Below, one piece after another: positions 22,730 to 36,079 of a stretch of DNA of 64,000 nucleotides. The notes below the pieces were generated by a model. That model ran no database searches. It was given only the letters and a program-made list of their open reading frames with translations, and was not told the DNA's origin. Numbering within the stretch: the first letter of the stretch is position 1; every line of letters begins with the position of its first letter. The DNA is taken from the NCBI GenBank assembly GCA_002269645.1, contig NIVC01000803.1:62001-126000 (forward strand), read 5' to 3'. This DNA is from Macrostomum lignano. Taxonomy: Eukaryota. A program made the translations under genes and the position numbers.

Positions 22730-24428
22730 CCTTCACTATATACTTTTAGTAGACATTGACTTGTCCTGACCTGAATTAAGTATGCTAAAAAAGAATAGTT
22801 ATACCATAATGGCTATATATAGCCATATAGGATATATATGGCTATATGGTATGGACCTATGGTTATACCATAAGAAATTAAATAAGTCATAAAATATAAT
22901 AAAATGATCCTGACCTAAGCCTAAAGTTAAGCGCTTGACTAAAAATAGTAATACTATTAACCTTAACTAGCGTGGCGAGTTAAGAAAGCCCAAAATTCCT
23001 AATGAATTCAGAATTGAAACAATGAAGCATGCATGTCAAATGGCTGGCTTGAACATCATTGACAATTTGTGCAGGCTAAGACTAGCAGCATAGTTTTTAA
23101 AATGGTCATAGACAAGGATGAAATAATTTAAGCAAATTTGTGCTTTTAGCTATACTTTTTATAAGCCGTATGAATTTTGCTTTCTCCCTCGGTTTGGGTT
23201 TAGTCGTTAAGTTTATATATTGGAAAATGTGTTTTTTGTGGAGGTAATTCATTTCTTAGAAAATCTGTTCAATTTACATTTCAAATTATCTGCATGTTTT
23301 ACAGAAAACCAAAAGCTAAATACTTGCCTTTTTGTTATTGATAACAGAAAATAAAAGCGTTTATTTTTTAGTCTGTAACTTGATTTTAGTAGTTTGATTG
23401 ATCTTTTGTCCTACGCTTAAAAAATTATTTGTTTCTCATTACGAGTAAACCTGCATACTTGTAGAACGAATTTGTCAAATGGAGATTCTTCCGCGACTAA
23501 GAAAGCATAAGTCACACCAAATGCATTATCGAGTAAAGTACTCGGAGATAGATTATTCTGTTAGGAAAATTGATCATGTATAAGTGTAATACTTTTGGAA
23601 ATGTGAATCGTGGCACAATACAGCACATCGATCATATAATTATGCATGTACATGTAATAAGTTCTAAGCTGTTAGCGTGCTTTCTGAAAAACCTACCCAC
23701 TCGGGCAAACAAATTTTGCGAAGCGTCTCTATTTAACTTTAAGATTTCGAAAACCAATTTTTGCTCTAGATGTACGAGCAATATGCTAGGATCGAACTAC
23801 ATGCAGCTGTGTGGGCGTAGACGCATTTGTGCAATACAGCATATCCACTGTAACAGCATGTGTACACCCTCTTCATTCAAAAAAGGTAATCTCTATATAT
23901 ATGCACTGCAACAGGTGAAAACTCGTAAACTACCCCATACAGAGGTAGATCACAAAGTCAGCGGGCACATTTGAACAATATTGACTTTTTCGGCACCGTT
24001 TTGTGCTATGGAAAACCAAAAAATCAAAACTCACTCCATCAAACACCCAAACAGGCCGGGCCGGACAGCACAAAATAGGAGACAATTTCTTTAAAATCCT
24101 TTAAAATCATTTGCACTGAAACAGTAAATATAAATGAGAATGCGACGGATTTTGTTGGATATTCATTTTTAGATCGGAGAATATATAGTGCTGCTAGCTG
24201 TTTATTCATATTTATTAAAAGACGGCTTATGTTTTTCCCATCCAGTCTAAACTTTGATTTTCTGATTAAATCGACTCTGACTATCAAATATCTATGGTAG
24301 TTAGTTAGATCGATCTTAGCGTACACTTAACTTTTAGAACACTTTTTGTATCGAAGAATCCGCGAAATTTTTAATTAGCAGAAGCATCTTAAAAAGCAAT
24401 TACAATTACCATTCTGCAATTATAGAGC

Positions 24429-26664
24429 ATGGATGGCCTGGATGAACAGGATTTGAAGCGAGCGGAGCTTGATTACTGCCTAAAAAATAGTCTGAACTTC
24501 GTAGACACACAGGCGCTTGCCGAAGCCAGGAAAGGTAACGGCGACGTCAGCGAAGCGGATAATGAAGAGGAAACACCGGATGAGTGGCTCGTGGACGTTC
24601 GCTATACAAGCCGGCTGCTCAAGAAGGCAAACGAAATGCGCATTAAAAAGCGCCTCTGCGACCTCACCATTGGCTTGAAAGACGGCAAGCTGGAGGCGCA
24701 CAAAAGCATGCTGGCCGCCGGTTCACCTTTCTTCAAGCATTTGACGGAAACGACTCGCGCTTCTACGTTAAATTTCTTCCACGTGACCTGCAGCGTGGCG
24801 GACATCCTGTTCGACTTTATGTACACCGGTGAGGTCAGCATAGAGAAGGCGGAGAAGCTGGGCCGCTCGGAGCGACAAATGCTACGCGAGAAAGCCGAGC
24901 TGTTCGAAGTTGACCAGCAGCTTCAAGCGCTGTGGGATCGGCTTGGAGTCGCTACTAAGAATTCCGGCAAGCAGAGCCAGCAGGCAGAACGCCAAGAGGT
25001 GCCATTGGAGGATGCCAGTGAAATAGTAAAACGCAAGGTGAGTTAGCAAGTGCTACTCGTATTCTTCTAGCACGAAACAAGGCTTGGAGCTGCTCCGGTA
25101 AAGTACAAAGTATTGTACATACTCTGCCACTTCCCCGCAGGTTCTCTACATGAACGATCGTCGAAAACAGGGCGACTTCGCGGACTGGAAGATCCGCATC
25201 AGCGCCGTAGACATTCCTGTCAGCAAGGTTTTCCTGGCCGCTAGCAGCACCTATTTCGCCGACTTCTTTGCCAGAAATCCCATGGAGGCCAAGTCTGAAA
25301 CTTACACTTTGACGGAGCTTAATCGTCGAACTTTTCGAAAGGTGCTCAACTTTATTTATACTGGTCACGTGATCACCACGGGACGAGACCTGGCCGAACT
25401 CAAGGACCTCCTGTTTCAGGCTAGCTACCTGGGCGTAGGCGATCTATCTAGCCGACTTGTGGAGGAGTTCGAGTCGCGTCTTACCACCGAGAACTGCTTC
25501 GCAATGTTCTCTTATTCGAACAGCATAAACTGCCGTCAGTTATTTAAATCGGTCTCGCACTTCATTGGTCGCATAGGTGCCAAGTGGTCTCACAACTCTG
25601 GCTTCCTGGGTCTTGAATTCAATGATCTGCGCGCTGCGCTGCTGAACCCGGATCTGCGATTCGATGGCGACGACTCTGACTCTGATGAGGAATGCAGCTG
25701 CCTTCCCTGGCCAGTCGACTTTGAGTCGCGCACGCTTGACTTGCTCATTGCTTGGATCCGCGTTGATCGCGTCCGACGATCAAGTCACGTGACTGAACTG
25801 TTCGACCTGGTTGACCGGCTGGGCAGGCTACCGTACACCGGCCGGAGAGAAGAGATGCACCAACGGCTGCCAGCAGAACTGAACAATGTGATGTCTGCGT
25901 ACTACTTGAAGCTAATAAAAGAACAGCAAGGAAAAACTTGCCCAACCAAGCAACCATCGCCGCAGACCAAACAGTCGCCCATCCGAGCTCGTCGCTACCT
26001 GTTTCCCACCCAGCTGCTCATGTCCCGGGAGTTTCACCTAGCGGGTCCTCAGCTGCCGGGCTCTGCCCTGCTTCCGACAAAATTACAGTCCTCTCCGGAT
26101 GAGGAAGAGCTCAGAGGCTGCTGGCAACTGTCGCCAACTGAATGGCGCTTGCAGTCGATTGAAATTCAAGCGTCCGATCAAGAGCTGACTTGGCTATCTG
26201 GCCTCAAACTGATCTATCAGCGGTACCCAATGCTCGCTAAGTCTGAAGATCCCCCAACCGAACTGCGCACCTTCTGCTGCGGTTACCGCGGCTCGTTCCA
26301 GCACAGTATCGAACTGGACGAGACGGAGAGAGTGGTTCAGCTTGGCCTTGGCAGCGCGACTGCTGGCAGCAGCGGCCGCAGAAGTTATATCAGCTGGTTG
26401 AAGACCTGCAAGGGTCGACGACTTCAAGTACCAGTGGCGGCGGCAGCGTCAGAGACGACGAGTGTCAGCAACAGCAACCAGAGCGCCGACGAGAACCCAA
26501 CTACAGTTGTCAAATCACCGAAGAAAAGTCACGGCTTCTTGCACGGCTTTGGATTGCGCTTCAGCGAGGCTGGAGGCGGCGCCATGACCATTGTCTGGGC
26601 AGTCGAAACCGACGTTGACGGGCTGGGCGACTCTCCTTGGAGCTCTGTGGTCGAGAATGAATGA
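24429..26664 (+). CDS. Tandem-BTB/BACK protein with a putative jacalin-like C-terminal domain, about 710 aa
   Basis: Exons 24429-25037 and 25141-26664 joined by a 103-nt GTGAGT...CCGCAG phase-0 intron (KRK/VLYMNDRRKQGDFAD). BTB1: LCDLTIG...AHKSMLAAGSPFF...LFDFMYTG. BTB2: FADWKI...VSKVFLAASSTYF...VLNFIYTG. BACK-like LTTENCF...CRQL. The tail shows a beta-prism-like pattern. Confidence 0.85.
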
Positions 26665-27044
26665 GTAGGCACTCATAACCACAACACTAGCTGTAGATCT
26701 ACTAATTCTGGATTAGGACTGCTACAAAAGGTGAAGCAACGTCCAACTAATCGTAGAAATTGTACTAAGCTAAAAGCACTCCTCGTCCAAATAATTTATA
26801 ATATTTTTATAATTTTGTTTTTTTCAGCAAAACAATCCCATCGCTTTCTACTAACAGTAGCTAATATGTCTCGTAGAAATGAATATATGCTACGCTCGTA
26901 GGCACAAAAATCTTTAAACTCTTGAACCACATCCAAAGCAGGCGTCGAAACAGTGAGCAACTTTTAAAAATAGAACACTGTGCTACCCTACTTGAGGGTC
27001 TTTGTTTTTTGCAATTATATTTTACTTCTGTCCTCGATCTAGTT

Positions 27045-27385
27045 CAGGGGTCGGCAAATGCGTTTCGCGAGTCACATGCGGCCCGCAAAGACTCTCTATC
27101 CGGTCATCGGGTCCTTCGAAACTTCACAATAGCAATCTAGCCCGCTTAAGGTTTGTGTCTCTTCTCAGCTCACTTTCTCTTCTCTCCTCTCTGCTCTTAT
27201 CTCTCCTCTCTCCTTTCTCTCCTCTCTCCTTTCTCTCCTCTCTCCTTTCTCTCCTCTCTCCCTTCTCCTCCTCCTCCCCTCATCTCTCATTTTCTATTCC
27301 CTCCTCCTTTTCTCTCTCATCTGGCCCGCAGCCATGAGCTTGATTCTTAATCTGGCCCTTGAGGTAAAAAAGTTGTCGACCCCTG
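27045..27385. mobile_element. hAT (Charlie-type) MITE with an internal CT-rich tract
   Basis: TIRs CAGGGGTCGGCAAA and TTGTCGACCCCTG. 8-bp TSD ATCTAGTT / CTCTAGTT (7/8 match, NTCTAG-type target). Confidence 0.8.
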
Positions 27386-28351
27386 CTCTAGTTCCACCGG
27401 TGGTAAGCCCTCCGCAAATGAAGGTAACAATTATTAACACGGCAGAGATTCTGGGTGTACGCTTGAATGGCTCGCTATGTAGTAATATATCGAAAATTGG
27501 TATTTCAATTCCGTCTGCAGCTTTCACTGGTTAGAATGCTAAATAGCCCGTGTGGGTGGGCTCACCAGCTCATCATCCAGGCACTGAAGTATCAACTCGT
27601 GCAGTCAGGCAAACCGGAGTCTGGAATTCATGGAATTTAGGTTTTGAGACGAGAACTTTCGGGAGAAAAAATACCATCTATAAAAGATTCAGGGATCCTT
27701 ATCTGCCTGCAGAAGAAAAATACATTAAAAGTACATTGAAGGCAAAGACATGCTGGGCTAATTGGAGCACAGAAAAAGCCCCTATATAGCAACTAACTAA
27801 ATGGCATCAATCAATTCATGCTTGTGTGCGTTGCTCCCAGAGCCAGCTGCTGCGAAGGCTTGTAGGGCGATAGGAGTTACAAATTCATGAAGAGTCTGAG
27901 CCGCTGAGTCCGACGCCTTTAGCTGGCGTGCGAAACTTTGCTGTGACAGGAAACACACCAACCCCTGTGCTATGTGTGCCCACATAGAATATTTGCTAGC
28001 TAGAAAAAAAAGTCAAAAGGCAAATGGCTCGCACAACCACTTCTAGCGAATCAATCAAATCCTGTCATTCATTCTCGATGAGGCTGCAATACATGCAGGC
28101 GCAATTTAATGCACTGTAAGCCCCTGACTTGCATGGCGGAGAAAGAGATTACGCGTTAGAGTTCTCCGAAGTGCCTTGCTTAGAATGTAACATTTACTGG
28201 GTGTGTTGTAACAGTACGCGCTAGAATTACGAAATTGGGAATGTAGCTACCCTATATATAACGATCCTCTTCTCAACTGCACCAGAGAAGAGGGCTTGCA
28301 GCCAAACAGCCAAACATTATTCAACGGATGTTCAATCAAGAAATCGTTGAA

Positions 28352-28760
28352 TATCTCTACGAGGGTGAATGATCATGACATGAAACTGTGAGGATGCGTC
28401 GTTATCTCTACGAGGGTGAATGATCATGACATGAAACTGTGAGGATGCGTCGTTATCTCTACGATGGTGAATGATCTTGACATGAAACTGTGAGGATGCG
28501 TCGTTATCTCTACGAGGGTGAATGATCATGACATGAAACTGTGAGGATGCGTCGTTATCTCTACGAGGGTGAATGATCTTGACATGAAACTGTGAGGATG
28601 CGTCGTTATCTCTACGAGGGTGAATGATCATGACATGAAACTGTGAGGATGCGTCGTTATCTCTACGATGGTGAATGATCTTGACATGAAACTGTGAGGA
28701 TGCGTCGTTATCTCTACGATGGTGAATGATCTTGACATGAAACTGTGAGGATGCGTCGTT
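28352..28760. repeat. 51-bp minisatellite (ATCTCTACGAGGGTGAATGATCATGACATGAAACTGTGAGGATGCGTCGTT), about 8 units
   Basis: Unit read directly; 17-aa period in ORF 28332..28946. Confidence 0.9.
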
Positions 28761-30563
28761 TCGTACAGGCGTTATGCCAGTCGAGCAGTCGGCGAAGTCG
28801 AAGGGGTGGGTTAAAAGTATTGATAACACTCGCAAGAGGGCTGTGGCCCCCTGGCCCAACGCTGGCAATTCTGCCCATTCCGCCCGTTTACCGCTGAGCT
28901 GCCCTGCCTCATGAAGTCCGGCGGAAGAAATTCCACAAATTTCCATCCACTATGGTTTCATTTTAAAGCAGAAAAACAGCTTGGAATTGCTACAGCTGAA
29001 GCTGCATGGATTCTGTTCAATAATGGTACTCAACTATAGACTGTGTGTCACCCGCACACTGGTGTCACAGTGTTACAATGGATGCTTTTGCAGTTTACAG
29101 AGAGCACAATTTTATGATTTTATGACAGAGCGACGACGGAGCTATCAATATTAAAATACATGCCATAGCCCTGTACAGTAGGATGCAGACACGGAGCCAA
29201 CACAAGAAAGCCAGCCATTACGTCAATTGGTACTTCGCGTGCACTTTTAGCTTGTATCACTGAAGCGGCGCGCAGTTTTGCTGATTTGCTTTGTTTTGAA
29301 AAGGTTTTTTTACAAATTACAAAGTATACATGTAACTGTGTAGTTTTGTTCTGGATTGAATGATATCCCATTCTCAGTATAGATTTCTATCTACTGTTTT
29401 GACCCTCTCCTCTGTCTACCCCGTCCATCACTCATGTTTAAAGTGTCTTCCCAAGTAGAAAAGTGCAAATCAGCAGCGAATATTCTCGCACAGGGCACAG
29501 CTTGTAGATAGGGAGAAACTTCCAGCCGATCGCGAAGTTTTACAGCGCAACGACCGTGTGCGGTGATCCAGGAAAGTCAATAAACAGTTGTGCATCAGGG
29601 CCGGACCAGCTTACATTCGGAAGAGAGGGTTGGTAACTTTGGAAGAGAATATGCAGTGCAGGAAAAGATGCACTAAAATTTATACATAGTCGAATGTACA
29701 TACCATGCCGTGTTTGGTGCACGAATTAGTTTATAGTGCACAGTGAACGCATTGGTGCTGTTTTGGTTGCATTAGCTAGTTGGAATATAAAATAGCGATC
29801 CGATCTGAAACGTAAGACAAGGCAAGATAGATGGAGAGAGAAAGAATTATAGCTGGAACTCGATTTTTCGAGTTCCAATTCGGCAGACTGTTGCCATTCA
29901 AGCAGCCGCATTGAGATGCTGGAGCAAGTCATGCACGGAACGCGAGGACTTGGAGAGGGGAGAGTATGGGATTCCGTGGGAGATAGTTCCCCAAGTCCAT
30001 AGCCATCGGGTACCGCCGGATTCTCAAGGCTTAATTGGCAGCCCGCCAGACGAGACTGTGACGATCCAAGTCCCATGAGGGAAAAGTGCAACTGGGTGCA
30101 GACTGGGCGCAGTTCGGATTTTCTCATCGTTGTGGGAGTGACAGCGGCATGGCCATTTATTGATCCAACGGGATCAATGGCCAATCGATTGAGCAGTTTG
30201 GGGGGCGTCGGCTGCAGCTGTTGTCAGGCTGCCCTGAACCAGCAGAGCTCGTTAACTCGCCGGCTTTTTCCTTGCATGCAGTTGATCGAAAATTTCGAAA
30301 GTATGAAAAGTCCAAACATTTTTGCTAGTCAAACGCAAAAGTCCATTAAATTGAGCTAATTTTGAGGGCGGGTGGGTCATCTCCAACCGAGAAAGTAGTT
30401 AATGAGGATGTTAGGAAGGAAAAATACATTGATATAAAGGTGAAAGTTCAGAATTTTTATCAAGTAAAAGTGTAATAAATTACTTCGTAGTCTTTAGCTG
30501 AAAGTGTCTGTAGCAGCACTCCTTAATCACGGATGTTCCGACAGCTCATGTGTAACCGACAGC

Positions 30564-32975
30564 TACTTACTTACTTACTACTTACTACTGACGGGGGGCG
30601 CAGGCGCCGCGAATAGGCCGCGAGGCCCCTATCGCAACCCCAAGGTAAAAGAGCACAAGGATTAGCCTTGGGGGTGCGCCCAGTCCCCGCCAGTAGTCGG
30701 CAGGTCCGCAGTGGAGGCATCGGCGACCCTCATCCGGCCGGAGTCCCGGACGAAGGCGCGGAGGTCTCGGATATTGTCCGCGGTGGTCAGCTCGTCCATC
30801 CGCTGGGGGTGGCCGAGGTATTTGTGCCGCGCCTTGTTGAAGTAAGGGCAGAAGGTGACGTGATGCTCCGCGGTCTCCTCTCCTATGCCACAGAAGGGAC
30901 AGGTGGGAGGGCAACCGGTTTGCAACGATATATGTCTCTGGAAGAATCCGTGGCCGGTTAGGACCATGCACATCTCCCTGAGGTCGGTTCTGTTAAGCGA
31001 AATCAGATAATCAGAGACTTTCCTGTTCAGGTTAGGCATGGCAGAGCGGCTCTGCCTGTACTCGGTGCAGCTGTTCCAGTGGAGCTGGTGCTGCTGATGG
31101 AGCCACCTGTTGATATGGCGGGTGACTTGCGACCTGGGGGTGGGTAGCCTCATCAGACGGTGGTTGCCGTCTGGGTTGCTGCCCTCCTTGGCGAGAGAGT
31201 CCGCGAGCTCGTTGCCCAGGATGTTGCTGTGACCAGGTGTCCAGATAATTCTAATCCTGTTAAGGACTGGGAGAGATTGCACACTGCGGTGGCATTGAGA
31301 TACTGTAGCAGCGGAGATATTCTCAGTGGTTAAGGCCTTAATAGCAGCTTGGCTATCAGTGTAGAAATTAATGTCAAAATTATTAATGTTCGCCTGAAAT
31401 AGTTGCTGGGCACACTGCTCAATGGCGCAAATTTCAGCTTGGAAAACTGAGGTGTTCTCACCGAGGTGCAGACTTTCCTGGAGAAGCATCTTACCCTCGT
31501 GGAAAATGGCAATACCCGCTCCAGCGCGGCCGTTGAACAGCGAGCCGTCGGTGAAGCAGTGAATGCCCTGGCTGCGCCGGTTCACACCGACATCCAGCGG
31601 AATGTTGTCTCGGCCAGGGATGGCGGTCTTGAAGCCCCTCCTGATGTTGAGGGCGGGAGGTCGACTATCCACATTGCCCAGGTCCATGTGGATGTTGTTA
31701 AGGTCGCGGCGGACAAAGTCCATATGCGGGATTAATGTTTTCATTGGCATAAAGCCAGAGGGCGCGTTATTTAACGTTTTATCTCTGATAAGCCGGGAGG
31801 CAGACTTCATAGCCTCCGCCCTAATAAATAGGTGAAGCGGAGGTAGGTTAAGGATAGTGTTCAGCCCCTCGTAAGGGGTGGACGGGTACGCACCTGTGAT
31901 GGCACGGCAAATGCTGCCCTGAAGCTGGTACAGCCGCTGACGGGCGGCCTTCTGCTCCAGCACGCTAGTCCAGATGAGACTCGCGTATGTGATACTGGGC
32001 CGGATGATGCCGGTATAAATCCAACGGACCGTTCTAGGCGAGAGGCCCCAAGTCGGCCCGATGGCTCTGCGCAGCTGGGCAAAGCAGCGTTTTGCCCGAC
32101 CGATGACGTTATCAAGGTGCTTCGTCCAGCGCAGGTCATGCGTTAGCGTCACACCGAGGTATTTGACCTCCTTCTTGAAGGGGATGTTTCTGCCATAGAC
32201 AGTGAGGTTTTTCATCTCCCATTTACGGCGCTTGGTGAAAACGACAGCGACAGTCTTAGTGACGCTGATTTTTAGGCCATGCTGTGTAGCCCAGTCGGCC
32301 GCCTTGTCGGCGAATTGCTGCATCAGGTTGCGCAGAGTGGCGGGTCGGGTCCGCTGACGACCGCGGCAACGTCATCGGCGTAGCCCGCCCTGGTGATACT
32401 GCTGGGAATGTCAGCGGTTAGAAGTTCGTCCATGACGAGATTCCAGAGAAGTGGAGTTAGCACGCCACCTTGCGGGCCGCCTTTCATCACCGCCCGGGTG
32501 AGGGTAACGCCCATAAGTGTGGATGTCACAAACCTTTTGCGGATCATAAAATAAATCCAGCGAACAATGCTGTGTCTTACATTCCTGCGGGAAAGAGAAT
32601 TTCTGAAGGAGCGGAAGAGGACATTGTCAAATGCTCCTTCGAAGTCAACGAACAACCCGCAAGCGAGTTGTTTGCTAAGGATGGCACTCTCAATTTTGGA
32701 GGTAATGGCATGGAGAGCATGCTCAGTCGTCCTCCCAGGCTGGAAGGCGTATTGGTACTTACTGACAGGGTCGGAGCGCAGGTCGCACTCTCGAAGCCTC
32801 CACAGGATGAGCCTCTCCATCAGCTTAACACAAAAGGAAGTGAGGCTGATGGGCCGGAAGGATTTCACGTTGGTGTAGTCACCCTTAGCAGGTTTCGGGA
32901 TGAACACGACTCTGGACATTCTCCAGATTGTGGGAATGTAACCTGTGGTATAACAGTCAACAAGCAATTTAGAGA
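30564..32975 (-). mobile_element. 5'-truncated non-LTR retrotransposon (RT + RNase H + CCHC; Loa/R1/I-type) with a (TAAG)n tail
   Basis: RT motifs FIPKP...FRPISLTS, FVDFEGAFD, PQGGVLTP and GYADD. RNase H motifs FTDGS, FQAE, YTDSQ and PGH...GNELAD. CPFC...ETAEH zinc finger. A 1-nt deletion at about 32343 splits the ORF (D-P-A-T-L-R-N-L-M). Short GC-rich 3' UTR, then the tail at 30564-30588. Confidence 0.92.
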
Positions 32976-33223
32976 AAGAATCAGCACGGCAAATGGCACT
33001 TAGCTAAGCCACAGCTATTGCGCGGCGCATCTGAAGGCTGCGTACGGCCACACACCCTCAATTACCCCAGCTAATGCTGGCACCCATTTTACAGCTGGGT
33101 GAACTGAAGCAATGCAGAGTTAAGTGTCTTGCTCTAGGACACAAATTGTTCCGAGTGAGTCGAGAATCGAACCCCCGACCTTCAAATCGTGAGTCCGACG
33201 CTCAACGCACTAGGCTACATTCC
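32976..33223 (-). mobile_element. tRNA-derived SINE (second family) directly upstream of the LINE fragment
   Basis: Minus strand reads GGAATGTAGCCTAGTGCG (A box)...GGTTCGATTCT (B box)...TGTGTCCTAGAGCAAGACACTTAAC...GTTCACCCAGCTGTAAAATGGGTGCC, the central block widespread in metazoan tRNA-SINEs. The exact junction with the LINE is uncertain by about 15 nt. Confidence 0.8.
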
Positions 33224-34081
33224 TTGTGTGAACATACATGAATATAAATTACATGAAAAACGGCGGCCACCTGTTGCCTCAATAAACTTTTGCATAATTT
33301 TCACGACGTAAGAATAGAAAATCAATACAGATTTTGATTGCATCATCATCCAGCTATTTCTCTAGCTATCTAACACACTTCACTCGCTGTCGGCAATGAA
33401 ACCAGCATTACGCAATAGTTAGTTATCTTTTAAAAGTTGATGACGCGGCTTCTTCTCCGTCGCCAGCCAACTCGAAGGATGCTGATAGCGTTTTATCGCA
33501 GGATAGGGTTTCGCAGCTTTCCCTGTCACGTCGGCCCCTAGCTGTATACCATCGTTATACTGTGAAGGACCGACCGCCCAGCCCTCACTTGGATCCTCAT
33601 TAACGATAGCCGCGTGCAGTTCCGCCTGCCAGCTGGGCCCTGCCAGATAAAACCAGCAGCCCAAGGAATTACAGTGGAAGCCACAGACAGACAGGGCCTA
33701 TAGGCGCAGGGGTCAAACTGGCAAATGGGGAATGGCGTCAAGCGTCTATTCCTCTCTTATATCTCCCTACCCACTCAGCGATATACGCAAACAAGCATCT
33801 ATAGTAGGCAAGTTTGGTTGAACTAACATTTATCCTGCAGCCGCCGCGCACAATCATTATGATATTGCCAACTGCCCTCCTAACGATGACTCATTCAATA
33901 CCAAGATAGGAGGCAAATTTTGGAATAAGAATATAGAACTCTCTGACCATGTTGCTTTGCAGAAAAGAAATTACAAGTGGAGTTCAAAATTCAATGGCTT
34001 CTGTAATCGCTCCGACCCTTCAAATTAGTGAAGCTTAGGTAAGGGAGCGAAACAGCATAGCAACTCGAGAGGGCTGAGAGT

Positions 34082-34084
<3 letters not shown>

Positions 34085-34168
<84 letters not shown>
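34085..34168. repeat. (CT)n microsatellite, about 42 units
   Basis: Read directly. Confidence 0.97.
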
Positions 34169-34171
<3 letters not shown>

Positions 34172-36079
34172 CACGCTCGACACTTGAGACACCTGGATGA
34201 AGGAGGAGGGACAGCAGCTTTATAAATATTTGCTTGAAAGCCCGCCTGATCTGTGCGCGAGTGTGTCTTGTTGCGGGCCTGAGCCTGGGGGGGGGGTTAC
34301 CGAATAATAAGCTTCAAGCTGCCGCCTCCCACCCCCGATTGCGTCATCGGCAAACCGACCATAGACAGGCAGCAGTGGGCCTCATCGAGCCCCCCCCCTC
34401 TCCAAGCGGGTGAGTCAGCGAGAACCAGGTCAGCAGTGTCTCTGGCTGCAGCGGCTGGGCCTCGAACAAAAGTTCTAAACTGGGCCCGCTCGGCGCTCTA
34501 GAAAATTCAATTTCCTGCCTCGCGCTGTTTTCTTTGGAAGCTGCTGTCTCCGCTGCTTCTGCAGCTCATCTCAAAGCGCTCTTTTTCCTAATGGCAGGTG
34601 GCGGAAAATTGGCAATAATAATAATAAGAAGAATAATTCTGACCTGTCACGAAAGCGAATCAACTGGAATTCATTGGCCAAAATTGCGTGCTGCGCTTAT
34701 TTTGGTTCGCTGGGATTTTCTTCGAAATAATAACATTTTGAGGCCAGGAGCTTGAGTTGCTATGTATCTGAGAAATGAAACCTTCCTGCATTAGCTACAG
34801 TCTTTTTTAATGAGGCTGAGAAGCAACATACAATTAAAATTCTATGACAGTCGCTAGAAAGTACACTTAAAGAAGCTTTCTCGCTGTCATGAGGACACCC
34901 GCACTCGAACCAGTATTTGGCCTCCTTTAGAAGAGGGCAGCTACATGGCCAAAGGCAATTAGTTTCCAGCCTGACTAAGGCCTTGAACTCAAAATCGTAT
35001 CTCTTCCCAGACTTGGGTATCGAGGATCCTTATAAACCCGATAAAGAGACAACTGCGAGTCAGCTATTCTGCAAGTTAGTACAAGATCTACTAACATAAT
35101 TTGTAGCAGCACTAACAATACTAACTGGGCTTGTTGCGGCGATTCACGCTCATGAGGGCAAGCGTTCACGGGTTCAGAGAGTGTGAGTGTACATACCTGA
35201 CGATTAGAAAGTCAGAGCCGCTGTACACCCTGAGTGATTGCTCCTCATGGCCAGCAGAATGGGCACCTGGGTGGGCTTCGGTTTTACTGTTGTCTTGACT
35301 CTTGCTGCAGTGCACAATCCCCCCCCCTCCCTCGTTGCGAACTAACAGGCACCATTGTTAAAAAGAAATTATTCATTCGGTATGTTCAAAAAAGCAGCAC
35401 TACAAGCAATGGGGCCGCGCAGCGTTGCAAGTCGCCCACGAAGTTTTGCTTTTCAGATACAGAAAGTAGCTTCTGCTTCTGCTTGAGTGATGCCTATAGC
35501 AACCAGCAGCCACCCAGCTAGCTATTGGTAACGGATGCCGCTGCAAAAACACGAACAAGTTTGATACAAGCCAAATGCAAGCAAAGGCTGTGGCTCGGCC
35601 TGACGCGCACTGCATAGCCGGTCATTGGCTTTTTTATCGCTAAGCTCTGGGAAAGATCGGAGGTTAGAAAAACATTGCTAGCTTTAGTGCTTGCATGTGT
35701 AGTGCGGGTGCATGTAACGCATGTAGTAAAAGGAACCGATGCAGCTGCTAAGCATAATTTTGCTATTCCCACGAGCTTCTAGGTTCGTTAAGTGGATTTC
35801 GAAACTTGGCGCTAAGGGCCTTCATTCTGCGAGGTCAGTGGGTCCAAACCGTCCTGCTCTGCAACTCAGAGACTTGATCCTGGCCCAGCCCCTCCAAGCG
35901 ACCTGTTGCGTCGTTGGCGACTTCTCGTCTTGAGTCCAATCTTACAATCTTTAAAAATCGTATTTTTGTTTTTGTGTTGGTCCCTAGGACTTGCAAAAAT
36001 CATTAAATCTCTAGATCTCTATCAGATTTTTACAAAACTTTATTTCAGGAGCCGCCGTCAAACTTATTAATCTAAAGGA

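Noticed and set aside
30668-33003. Plus-strand ORFs over the LINE, and antisense ORFs over the 19433 and 37952 genes
   Set aside because: Shadow ORFs of GC-rich coding sequence with no independent motifs.
30545-33020. ACAGCTA as a TSD for the LINE (30559-30565 and 33011-33017)
   Set aside because: The right-hand copy lies inside the SINE body, about 40 bp from the RT junction; likely chance.
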